NCBI RefSeq assembly: GCF_031769215.1
Contig: NW_026782082.1
Coordinates: 1,054,001-1,118,000, forward strand
DNA length: 64,000 nucleotides
Direction of reading: 5' to 3'
Origin: Ylistrum balloti
Lineage: Eukaryota
Position numbers and translations under genes: made by a program. The notes under the pieces are model-generated. The model did no database searches. It had not been told where the DNA came from and saw only the letters and a list, made by a program, of their open reading frames with translations. Shown here one piece after another: positions 14,495 through 25,584 of the stretch. Position 1 is the first letter of the stretch. Every line of letters begins with the position of its first letter.

Positions 14495-14673
14495 GCCTAA
14501 AGAAGGTGACTGACTCTATGAAAACCCATAAGAACCCTGCTCTGAGACAGGGTCCTGCCCCCTTTAAGGCCACACAAGTGAAGTCAGCACCAAAGCCTGC
14601 TCCAAAACCAGTAGCCAAGCCTGTGTCTAAACCTCCAGTCACAGAGTTACAGAATAGCAAGAAATGGATTGTG
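14495..14673 (+). CDS. CAP1: CAP exon: WH2 LKKV motif, P2 region, start of CARP domain (GLKKVTDSMKTHKNPALR...KKWIV)
   Basis: TTTCAG acceptor; GTG|GTAAGC donor at 14674; 179 nt; in frame with previous exon (G+GC=Gly); 'GLKKVT..MKTHKNPALR' is a CAP hallmark. Confidence 0.97.
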
Positions 14674-14713
14674 GTAAGCATGTCTTATGATTATCTGCCG
14701 TTGCTTATAATGA

Positions 14714-15591
14714 TAGTTTATCTACGATAGGTGTTATAAAATAGTTTTTCAGCTCTAGTTTATCTACAGTAGGTATAGTGAAATAATTTATCAGCTCTAG
14801 TTTACCTAAGATAGGTATAATGAAATAATTTATCAGCTCTAGTTTATCTACATTGGTATAATGAAATAATTTATCAGCTCTAGTTTATCTACAGTAGATA
14901 TAATGAAATAATTTATCAGCTCTAGTTTATCTACGTTAGCTATAATGAAATAATTTATCAGCTCTAGTTTATCTACAATAGGTATAATGAAATAATTTAT
15001 CAGCTCTAGTTTATCTACAATAGGTATAATGAAATAATTTATCAGCTCTAGTTTATCTACAGTAGGTATAAAGAAATAATTTATCAGCTCTAGTTTATCT
15101 ACGATAGGTGTAATGAAATAATTTATCAGCTCTAGTTTATCTACAGTAGATATAATGAAATAATTTATCAGCTCTAGTTTATCTACGTTAGCTATAATGA
15201 AATAATTTATCAGCTCTAGTTTATCTACAATAGGTATAATGAAATAATTTATCAGCTCTAGTTTATCTACAGTAGGTATAAAGAAATAATTTATCAGCTC
15301 TAGTTTATCTACGATAGGTGTAATGAAATAATTTATCAGCTCTAGTTTATCTACGTTAGCTATAATGAAATAATTTATCAGCTCTAGTTTATCTACATTG
15401 GTATAATGAAATAATTTATCAGCTCTAGTTTATCTACAGTAGATATAATGAAATAATTTATCAGCTCTAGTTTATCTACGTTAGGTATAGTGAAATAATT
15501 TATCAGTTCTAGTTTATCTACAATAGGTATAATGAAATAATTTATCAGCTCTAGTTTATCTACGTTAGGTATAATGAAATAATTTATCAGC
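14714..15591. repeat. 42-bp minisatellite, ~21 copies (TTTATCAGCTCTAGTTTATCTACAGTAGGTATAATGAAATAA)
   Basis: Period 42 (14881/14923); variation confined to the nucleotides after TCTAC. Confidence 0.97.
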
Positions 15592-15666
15592 AGTGGGGTT
15601 TATTTGCTATAGGTATAAGTTAATTACCTGTGATTATAATTTTACTTTTTGTTTCTGTATTTGTAG

Positions 15667-15790
15667 GAGAACCATGTGGATAACCGAAACATTGAGATTA
15701 CAGACACTGCCCTTAACCATACTGTGTACATCTTCAAATGTCAAAACTCAACCATTCAGATCAAGGGCAAGATCAACTCCATAGTTGTAG
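15667..15790 (+). CDS. CAP1: CAP exon: CARP beta-helix (ENHVDNRNIEITDTALNHTVYIFKCQNSTIQIKGKINSIVV)
   Basis: TTTGTAG acceptor; G|GTAAGA donor at 15791; 124 nt; 'VYIFKC.NSTIQIKGKINSI' matches CAP C-terminal domain. Confidence 0.96.
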
Positions 15791-16251
15791 GTAAGATCAA
15801 AGTCCTTGAGGTGAAAAATCAGAAAACTGAAATCATGACCTCAATTGAAGGTAAGGCCAAAGGTCAGCTGTCCCAGTTACCATCCAGTGTTGAAGGTAAG
15901 GTCAACTGTTCAGATAAACTCCAATGTTGAAGATAAGGTCAAAGGTCAACAGTCCAGTTAAAGTTGAAAGTAAAGGTCACAGTTCAACTGTCCAGATCAA
16001 CTCAAATGTTGAAAAGAAGGTCAAAGGTCGACTGCCCAAATAAACTTTAGTACATGTATTGAAGGTAAGCACAACGGTCAGGTCAACTGCTACAGCAACA
16101 TCTGGATAAGATTTTTCTGTACATCTGCACAACATATGACTCTGAATAATCAAGGGGTCAAAGGTCATTTTATGTTGGTAGCTTATGGCTATCAAGTCTG
16201 TTAAAATTTAATAACTTTCATGGTGATAGTGGTCAGATGTTTTAAATTCTT

Positions 16252-16885
16252 TCAAGTCCAATAAGTAAGTAATACAAGACCAATAAGTAATACAAGACCA
16301 ATAAGTAATACAAGTCCAATAAGTAATACAAGGCCAATAAGTAATACAAGTCCAATAAGTAATACAAGTCCAATAAGTAATACAAGGCCAATAAGTAATA
16401 CAAGTACAATACGTAATACAAGTCCAATAAGTAATACAAGACCAATAAGTAATACAAGTCCAATACGTAATACAAGACCAATAAGTAATACAAGACCAAT
16501 AAGTAATACAAGTCCAATAAGTAATACAAGTCCAATAAGTAATACAAGGCCAATAAGTAATACAAGTCCAATAAGTATGTAATACAAGTCCAATAAGTAA
16601 TACAAGGCCAATAAGTAATACAAGTCCAATAAGTAATACAAGACCAATAAGTAATACAAGTCCAATAAGTAATACAAGTCAAATAAATAATACAAGACCA
16701 ATAAGTAATACAAGACCAATAAGTAATACAAGGCCAATAAGTAATACAAGGCCAATAAGTAATACAAGTCCAATAAGTAATACAAGGCCAATAAGTAATA
16801 CAAGTCCAATAAGTAATACAAGTCCAATAAGTAATACAAGGCCAATAAGTAATACAAGGCCAATAAGTAATACAAGTCCAATAAG
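16252..16885. repeat. 18-bp minisatellite, ~35 copies (CAATAAGTAATACAAGTC)
   Basis: Yields 6-aa periodic ORFs (LLDLYY, LLIGLV) on -; ends ~36 nt before a CAP acceptor. Confidence 0.97.
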
Positions 16886-16921
16886 CCTATTGTATTTTTT
16901 TTTATTTTTGTTGTTTTACAG

Positions 16922-17004
16922 ACAGCTGTAAGAAAGTTGGTGTGGTTTTCGATGATTTGGTGTCATCTCTGGAGTTCATCAACTGTCAGAGCGTGAAAGG
17001 ACAG
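16922..17004 (+). CDS. CAP1: CAP exon: CARP domain (DSCKKVGVVFDDLVSSLEFINCQSVKGQ)
   Basis: Polypyrimidine tract plus TTACAG acceptor; CAG|GTAAGA donor at 17005; 83 nt, frame-consistent. Too short for the ORF track. Confidence 0.96.
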
Positions 17005-17387
17005 GTAAGATTTGTCTACACTACCTCACTTTTGTAAGTACAGTCGCACAACTCTGATTGGTTATCTGTCTAAAGAAGGTAAAACAATACACATCGTACT
17101 TGACACCAATCATACAGATAGTTCACTTAACACAATCTATAATTAACAGCTTGATTAAAATGTTGAGAAAATGAGTTTAGTGTATTATAACTGTATAAGG
17201 ATAATTATTGACCCATCAAAATGGCGCAACATGTTACATCAACTTTCTCCTTTAATCAATTTCTCATTCAGATATTGGGTCATTAGCATGTTTGGTGGGA
17301 TGGCTTTGTGTGGAGGATGACTCCAATACTGCCCTGAAACTATAAACTAGCATTCTGGTAGTGTAGTTTGCTGTGAATGAGTTATCA

Positions 17388-17958
17388 TTGATACGCCCGT
17401 CGTATGACAGGATGTATTATGGTATGGCATTGTCTGTCCATCTGTCTGTCGTAAACTTTCCTTGTCCAGGCCATAACTTTGTGAGTCCTTGGTCTATTGT
17501 CACCATACTTTGTACACATATATATCTCAAGGTGACGGAGTGTCACGTATAAAAATTGCCTGCCTCGCATGCATAGTTTCTGAGTTCTTCCCCTTTAGTT
17601 GATTTTTCGTAAACATCCCTTGTCCAAGCCATAACTTTGTGACTCCTTGCTCTCTGGTCACCATAATTTGTACACATGTATGTCTATGTATGTTTCACGT
17701 CTCACATGCATAATTTCTGAGTTATTCCCCCTTGGTTGATTTTTCGTTAACTTCCCTTGTCCATGCTCTCTGGTTAGTATATAGTGTATGTAAATCATAT
17801 GTTCACATACTATATTAGCAAATAGTGGTATGACATGGCTAAAACTTCCCCAAATGATATTCAGATCATTCCAAGACAACCTAGTTATTCAGTCAAATAC
17901 TGCTTCTCCATCGAAGACTGGCGACAGGCGTATATTGTGCCTTAATTAGGCCCTTGTT
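17388..17958 (+). mobile_element. Non-autonomous Helentron-type element (DINE-1/HINE/pearl-like) in a CAP intron
   Basis: Subterminal inverted repeat ATACGCCCGTC (17391) / GACAGGCGTAT (17923); partial inverted copy at ~17406; (GTCT)n-like microsatellite 17431-17452; tandem cores starting 17461, 17619, 17756; 3' palindrome GCCTTAATTAGGC then CTTGTT. Confidence 0.75.
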
Positions 17959-18113
17959 TATAATTATTGTGGGGGTTGATGGTGGGGGGCGGCGGGGGGG
18001 GAGGCAACTTGGATCAGACAAAACTACAAACTATGGTGTTTCCAGAGTAAAAAGTCAGAAACATTCAAGATAACCACTAGAAATGTTGTCCTATCATTTT
18101 GTTGGTGCCTCAG

Positions 18114-18131
18114 TTTTTAGCTCATCTGGCT

Positions 18132-18166
<35 letters not shown>

Positions 18167-18201
18167 CTGGTGAGCGCTGCAGGCCCATTGGGCCTCGTGT
18201 T
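18114..18201 (+). mobile_element. Minimal HINE-like element with only termini around an (AT)n tract
   Basis: 5' TTTTTAGCTCATCTGG; 3' CCTGGTGAGCG plus perfect hairpin AGGCCC-ATT-GGGCCT (18181-18195); interior is a (TA)n tract of ~30 nt. Confidence 0.6.
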
Positions 18202-18662
18202 CTTGTTACCATGAAATCAGATAAGAATCGGATGAAAATTACAAACTTCATGGTTTCAATGGCATGGCAACAGAATTGTTTAAGAACTACCTGAAACATT
18301 GTACACTTTGTAGCACTCTCTTAGTGAAGTTTGCTACTAGAGAAGTCTTCATTTTGGATATTTTTCTGTTTTTTGCCAAGTCATACCATCAATCAATGAA
18401 GGGTATTGAGAAAAAAATCATTTTAAATGTGAATGATGCCTACCCATCCTCAAAAACATCAACAGTAAAAGATGATCTTCATCAAAACTTCAGAAATGGT
18501 GGAATGGAGGGAATAGCTGTTATTGTAATATATAAACATATATATATGATGGTGTGTCTTTCTTTTAAACAGCGGGGGTGGGGGGGGGGATAATGTCTTG
18601 TTGTTTTTTAGCATGTGATTTATGTGTTAAGTGGTAATCTTAGTTTGTTTCTGTTTTGTCAG

Positions 18663-18803
18663 GTGATGGGGACATTGCCAACAGTGTCTATAGATAAAAC
18701 AGACGGTGCCCAGATATACCTCAGTAACGACTCACTCAGCTGTGAAATAGTCACCGCCAAGTCTTCAGAAATGAACATTGTCATACCGAAGGACGGGGAC
18801 TTT
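18663..18803 (+). CDS. CAP1: CAP exon: CARP domain ([47 protein letters not shown])
   Basis: TTTGTCAG acceptor; TTT|GTAAGT donor at 18804; 141 nt; '[28 protein letters not shown]' is typical CAP. Confidence 0.97.
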
Positions 18804-19030
18804 GTAAGTCTAATATTTTCTTTAAGGTGTTGGAGGTCATATAATTCATATATCATGGAAAATTTCATGTGTTTATCAATAAACGATCAAATTGACTGCT
18901 ATTATTGATCAATAAAAAAATTGATATGATTTTTTATATGGAACAACAAATCTTACAGTAAATAAAAGATGTAATTACATATCATATTCATCAATAAACA
19001 CCCATTCATTTATTAATCATCATATTTCAG

Positions 19031-19108
19031 GTCGAGTTCGCTCTTCCAGAACAATTCAAGACAAGTTTTGATGGCAAGAAAATGGTGACCAACATCTCAG
19101 ATATCTAA
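19031..19108 (+). CDS. CAP1: CAP terminal coding exon (VEFALPEQFKTSFDGKKMVTNISDI*)
   Basis: TTTCAG acceptor ends 19030; 'E..LPEQFKT' motif; TAA at 19106-19108. The six exons total 807 nt = 268 aa + stop. Confidence 0.95.
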   Translation, partial: VEFALPEQFKTSFDGKKMVTNISDI

Positions 19109-21594
19109 ACATCCCGGATGAACATTGCCACCTGGTGGACACATATTGAACTATGCTAGATAACTCTCAAATCATTCCAGATTTTTTAGATTTGGAATCT
19201 GGGCCGTTCTGTAGTCCAATGATCCACAAGGAAAGACATGTCAACAGGTTATTCAACTGTGACCTATTTTTGTGCTATTTTTTTTTGATAAAATGATGAT
19301 GACATTATGGCCATATTCAAAACTATTTTTTATCACCAGTGATAAAAATTAGATATGTATGAGAATATTTGGTGGAAAATAATTTCATGTTGCTGACATC
19401 AAGAAACCTCCTACAATATCTAATTTTATTAATTTCATTGTAAAGATGACAGGATTTTTCAAAGAAATTAGATACATATAAGTCTACCAATTTTTTAGAT
19501 ATATTATGAAGACCTTGCCAAAAGTGCTAAATAGATAGGGTTTTGAATGTACATCAGTTTACTAATTTGTACTAGTGCAATTATATTTCTAAACATTTTT
19601 GTGTGATGATCATTCTTGAGTGAATTTTTCGTATTCTCATTTATGAACCTAGACTTGTAAAATCAATTCCTATGATAAATGCGTGATTTAATTACTAGCC
19701 TTATACTAAGAGAAACGGGAGGATATACTTAAAGGTGTGAAAGTCCGAGTGTTGTGTCCAACAAATACAACCTGAAACCACAACTTGACCAGAATCCTCA
19801 GGCTTAATACCATATCAGAATTTAGTTGTTACCTCCCTTAGATCATTGGCTTTTCATCAATTAGACCGGTACACACTAAGTATGTAAAATCCTTTCCCGA
19901 AGAGATAGGTAAAATGTATAACACATTTTTCTACAGCTACCAAGAAATACTGATGCTTAGCAAGTTTTTTTTTTAGTTTTTTATTTTGCATTATTTAATT
20001 ATATAATCATCTCCAGGCTTGGTTCAGATGGACAGAACAATGATAGAAAGTCTATGCAAGATCTTGTGATAACTCTTACTGCTCACTGTACAGGTTAGTT
20101 AGTATTATTTAGTAAAAATGTCGGGTTTACAAACTGGGCAGATAAAGATTTGATTAATAGAAGAAGGATTATTGAAACAACCATGCCAGTTTCTTCAGCC
20201 CAAGAGATTTAAATAATTTTGTTTATTTAAACTTATATTCATAACAGTTATATAATTTTATGAGCAACATGTTAAATTGGATTACCGATACCCTTGCACC
20301 CCTTTTAAGATCACTTTGTGATCACCCATATAGGAAAATCTATTGTGGAGGAAAGGGGTGTAAGGTATTCCTACCTGTACTTATATACATGTATATTGTC
20401 TCTTGTAATATTAATATTCTTTCAAAGGAAAAACACTTTGTACTCTATAGTTATCAAGTACGAGTTATAGATAGAAAAAGCAATTTTAAATGGATGACTG
20501 TATTTGCCTTGAATAGTATGATTTGATGCTAGGGTGAGCGATGACAATTTCAGCAACACTGTTTGAAGTCTTCATTTTTTGTGTATTTAGTAATAAATTA
20601 ATTTTTGTTTGGATGCAAAAAGAATTAATTCCATTTTGCTTTACTTTTTTTAAATCATTTTGTTTCTGAAGAACTTTAAATTCCAATATCAGTATAGAAT
20701 TGATAATCAATTTTATAGAAACTTTTATATATATATCACATAGTGCTAATAATTTCCTATATCTAATTCAACCTTAACTTATTTAGCTTAATGTATTCAG
20801 TTCAACCTTTTCTGATTTCTCTATTGCTTACATATAATAAAAACTTAGTTTATCAGCATCCTGCAACCCCTATCTGGCTTCAATGGATGAATCCGACAAG
20901 TCCAATTTTGTTTCGCAGACGAGTTTAGTCAGGTCCAATAACCACCAATGTACCTGTTACTTCAGATAAAACAATAGTTGAAAACAGCCCCTTTAGATAT
21001 TAGCAGTAAAAGGAATTGGATGTCTTGTAGCTGACATACCTGGTAGTAAAATTACTAATTCAGCTGGACCAATGAGACAGTAAAACTTGTTAGCTGATGT
21101 AACTTGGGCCAGTGAGGGTTCAAAGGACTTTGTACAGCTAGTATTTCTAAATATCTGATTGTATATGAACAAATCACATTACAAATAAATATCTTTAACC
21201 ATAGAAGGTTTGTGTTGTGTTTATAGTCTAAAGATTTATAGTTACATCATAAATATGTGAACTTTATTTATTTAACAATGATTGCAAAGAAGTTATTTCA
21301 ACGTATATTAATCACTCTGGATGAAATGTATGCAAGGTCTTACTGTTGGAGGAAACTGGTACACAGGGAAGAAAATCCCTGCGGTCACACAGGTGACTTC
21401 ATACCAATTGTTTGGAGAATCAAACAATGGTCATCAAGGTAAAAAGCAAGTGTGTTACCACTGCATACCAGAAAATTTAGATTTTTAAAAAACAAAAAAC
21501 TTAATAGTACAACAAGTTTCTACCTGTTACTGAGTAGGTTCCGACTATTCTTACATCAGATGTTAGCCGTGTTGACATCTTACAGCTAAATGGT

Positions 21595-22458
21595 TGTACA
21601 GTATATATATTCTCACACGACACCAGATGTCTGTATACCACGACACCAGATGTCTGTATACCACGACACCAGATGTCTGTATACCACGACACCAGATGTC
21701 TATACCACGACACCAGATGTCTGTATACAATTGTACAGTATCTACTTTCTCACACGACACCAGATGTCTGTATACCACGACACCAGATGTCTGTATACCA
21801 CGACACCAGATGTCTATACCACGACACCAGATGTCTGTATACAATTGTACAGTGTATACTTTGTCACACGACACCAGATGTCTGTATACCACGACACCAG
21901 ATGTCTGTATACCACGACACCAGATGTCTGTATACAATTGTACAGTATCTACTTTCTCACACGACACCAGATGTCTGTATACCACGACACCAGATGTCTG
22001 TATACCACGACACCAGATATCTGTATACCACGACACCAGATGTCTGTATACGACAACACCAGATGTCTGTATACCACGACACCAGATGTCTGTATACAAT
22101 TGTACAGTATATACTTTCTCACACAAAACCAGATGTCTGTATACCACGACACCAGATGTCTGTATACCACGACACCAGATATCTGTATACCACGACACCA
22201 GATGTCTGTATACGACAACACCAGATGTCTGTATACCATGACACCAGATGTCTGTATACCACGACACCAGATGTCTGTATACAATTGTACAGTATATACT
22301 TTCTCACACGACACCAGATATCTGTATATGACACCAGATGTCTGTATACCACAACACCAGATGTCTGTATACCAAGACACCAGATATCTGTATATGACAC
22401 CAGATGTCTGTATACCACGACACCAGATATCTGTATACCACCACACCAGATGTCTGTA
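21595..22458. repeat. 23-bp minisatellite (CACGACACCAGATGTCTGTATAC) punctuated by a recurring ~24-bp linker (AATTGTACAGTATCTACTTTCTCA)
   Basis: Period 23 (21618/21641/21664); linker every 2-6 units. Confidence 0.96.
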
Positions 22459-23742
22459 AACACTACATGTGAATGTTGACACAAGTGAAACAAAAATTCA
22501 CATCGTTTTATCAACTTATTTCTAAAGTACATACACAATGAGGATATTCTAAACAGCGAAGTGTTTGCAAAAAAAAATTTGCAAAACAATTTAAGATGCA
22601 TTAGTGTGACCTTTACGATGTCACAGAAGATCACTAACCCTGGAGTTGGTGACAATACACAGGTGAAAATGTCTCTGTCTATTGACAATGTATTCAGTAA
22701 CAAACATACTTTCATCAATCTCACAACAAAGGAAAAATCATGTAGGATTCTGAATGAAGAGCTGTTTGATAAAAAGTACTAAAAACAGAAATGTTCACTT
22801 TTAACTTCTCACATAACACAGATGATATGATGATATAATTGCTGGAACTCTCAACCAATCAAAGCAAAAACAGACAGCCAATGATAGTGAAATCAGACTC
22901 CAATAACTGCAAAACTGGAAGGCTGATAGTAGTGAATTCTGACAGCTGATCACGCTGAAAATTGACAACCTGTCACATTTTTGTGAGGTTTTAATGTGTA
23001 ATGGTGTTTTTAAACTAACAGGGACATAACAGATGCATGTTATGTGCAGAATTTCAGTAACACCTTGTTGAGCTCTTAATTAATGTAGGGTCATTTTATC
23101 ACAATTGTTAGATACTTTGTAAAATGTATATTGCATTGTGGCGTTGAATTCAAAGTATCATAATTTCAGATTTCTTTTCTGACTAGGCAAATCTAAACAA
23201 ATCTTGGGTGGTTTGACAGAAAGATAGATTTCGCACCAAACCAGTTTCCACAATCTGGATAAAAACGGAAACTTCTGAAATCTCCTTTACACATTGTTCC
23301 TGTGTCAATCATTTCCTTTTAGAAAATATGAAATAAAAATATAATATATCGGGGATTTTTATTTTGATGTAATGGCCCAGTCATCACACATCTCCAAGAA
23401 AGTGCCCAAGCCAAGCGGTTTACTACAAGAGTAATCTCCCTTCATCTAGTCCAGCAGTATTGGCCAACTCCATGTTATATATACTACTCACAATTTGATA
23501 GGGATCACACCGAATAATTAACAAAATTTTCTTTTAAGATAAAATGATACATATTCCTTATATTTGTTGGTTTATATCTGTACCGAGGTCTATGTGTATC
23601 GGGTGTTTATGTGGTCAGTCACCCGTAACTCCTTCACTTCACGTGTACACGCGCGAGCCTCCTACGTGCAGATTGTCATCAATGCGTTTGTGGCAGAATA
23701 TCTCGCTTTTTGCTTTACATTTTGAATTTTAACGGTTTCAAA

Positions 23743-24284
23743 ATGCCCCGATAGCAGGCTAGAAGACGTCTAAGCACTTCAGATATGGACAGGGGCATTG
23801 GTATGATCCAGTCTGGTAGGTCACAAAGGGAGGTGGCAAATGACCTTGGTGTGTCCCAGAGTGTTGTGTCCCGTATGTGGAATCGTTACCAAAATTATGG
23901 AACTCTCTCCAGAAGACATGGTGGGGGTCGGGAACGACTTACCTCGCAGCGTCAAGACCGCTATCTTGTTATTGCAGCTCGACGTCAAAGGTTCATCAAC
24001 GTTACGTCACTACGTAATTACTTCCAGAATGCCACCGGAACTCGTATCTCCACACAAACTGTGAGAAATAGACTTCATGATGCTGGTTTAAGGTCGCGCA
24101 GACCTTGTGTGAGAATTCCTTTGACGTTACGACATGTTCAAGCTAGACTTGCTTGGGTTCGTGATCATGTTAATTGGAACCTCCATGACTGGTCCCCCGC
24201 ACTTTTTACAGACGAGTCTAGATTTTGCTTAGATTTCACTGACCGACGTGCCAGGGTGTGGCGCTAACGTTTTCCAAATGAGAG
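23743..24284 (+). pseudogene. Tc1 transposase, N-terminal part (paired-like HTH, first catalytic D in FTDESRF)
   Basis: In-frame ATG at 23743 (MPR*QARRRLS) with premature TAG at codon 4; continues as ORF 23785-24267 (GVSQSVVSR, GRERLTS, ISTQTVRNRL, FTDESRF); TAA at 24265. Confidence 0.92.
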
Positions 24285-25103
24285 GTTATATGAAAAGAAC
24301 ATAATACTTTTTTGCCGCAGTATGAAAAGATAATATTTTAACGTTTTCTAAAACAATTTAATGTAAATCGTCTTTAGGTCCAGTGCGGCACAATACGTTA
24401 TATGAAAAGAACATAATACATTTTTTTGGCCGTTTTTGATCAATATGGAATTATGATATTTGAACTAAGGTCAAATTACACTAAAAACAATTTAATGTCC
24501 AAATTCTAAATATAAACCGTCCGATTCTGCCCGATCCTGCAAATCGTCTTTCGCGACCAAAACAGATATGAGTGTTTTATGTAAATACGTCTTCAGTTTC
24601 CTTTTTTATGTAATATGTCTCCATTTTTTCTTAAAAACTGAACAAAGTGTTCAACATATGTTGGTATTAATGCAAAAGTAATTCATTAAAATGAATAGAA
24701 CGGCACTATTCTACCCCGATTCTGCTCGATCCTGTAAATCGTCTTTCGGTCTTGCGCGGCACAGTACGTTCTGCCAGAAAAATACAATAGTTTCGCCATT
24801 TTTGGTCAATTTGAAACTTACATATTTGAATAATGGTCATTTAAAAACAAAATATTTACACTAAGAACAATTTAATGCCCAAATTCTACATATAAACCGC
24901 CCGATTCTGCCCGATCCTGTAAATCGTCTTTCGGTTTTGCGCGACCAAATCAGAAAGGAGTGTTTTATGTAATACGTCTTCATTTTTCCTTAAAAACCTT
25001 TCACAATGTGTAACATATGATGATATCAATGCAAAAGAAATTCACAAAAATCATTAAAACGGCACTATTCTAGTCCGATTCTGCCCGATCCTGTAAATCG
25101 TCT
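24285..25103. repeat. ~820 bp satellite-like insert inside the transposase (about 185-bp subunits forming a ~370-bp higher-order unit)
   Basis: Core CCGATTCTGCCCGATCCTGTAAATCGTCT recurs at ~24521, 24716, 24901, 25076; 24361-24735 aligns with 24735-25103. Confidence 0.85.
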
Positions 25104-25111
25104 AACCCTTC

Positions 25112-25584
25112 CAACATGACCGATACGGTGGTGGATCTGTTATGGTTTGGGGTGGCAAGGCAAGACCGACCTTCATGTGTTCCTTAATGGCAGTTTGACT
25201 GCACAGAGGTACTGTGACGAAGTCCTGGACGTGTACGTCAGGCCTTATGCTGGTGCAATAGGTCCGGAATTCATTCTTATGGACGATAATGCGCGACCAC
25301 ACAGAGCTCATGTGATTGAACAGTATCTGGAAAGGGAAACAATTGAGAGGATGGACTGGCCAGCCCGCTCTCCAGATTTCAATCCTATAGAACACGTGTG
25401 GGACATGCTTCAGAACGCTGTTTCGGCGAGAAACATCCAACCTAGAACGCTTCAGGAACTTCAAGCAGCTCTCGTCGCTGAATGGACAAGTATTCTCCAA
25501 AACTGGATACGAGACTTGATCAGAAGCATGCGCCGCCGCTGCCACAGCGTAATTGATGCTCGAGGACGTTATACTCGATACTAA
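25112..25584 (+). pseudogene. Tc1 transposase, C-terminal part (QHDRYGGGSVMVWGG / frameshift / MDDNARPH...WPARSPDFNPIEHVW)
   Basis: 34 residues counted between the D of DNARPH and the E of NPIE (DD34E). Frameshift at ~25153 (GGTGGCAAGGCAAG), consistent with a small deletion between two TGGC copies (inference). Confidence 0.92.

Noticed and set aside
16242-16881. LLDLYY / LLIGLV hydrophobic repeat proteins
   Set aside because: 18-bp minisatellite read in frame, antisense within a CAP intron.
19109-20841. Exact CAP poly(A) site
   Set aside because: Several AATAAA candidates (for example 20592 and 20836) with no decisive downstream element.
21501-22482. Multiple long ORFs on both strands and a CRISPR-like repeat/spacer look
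   Set aside because: 23-bp minisatellite; the 'spacers' are near-identical linkers, there are no cas genes and the context is eukaryotic.
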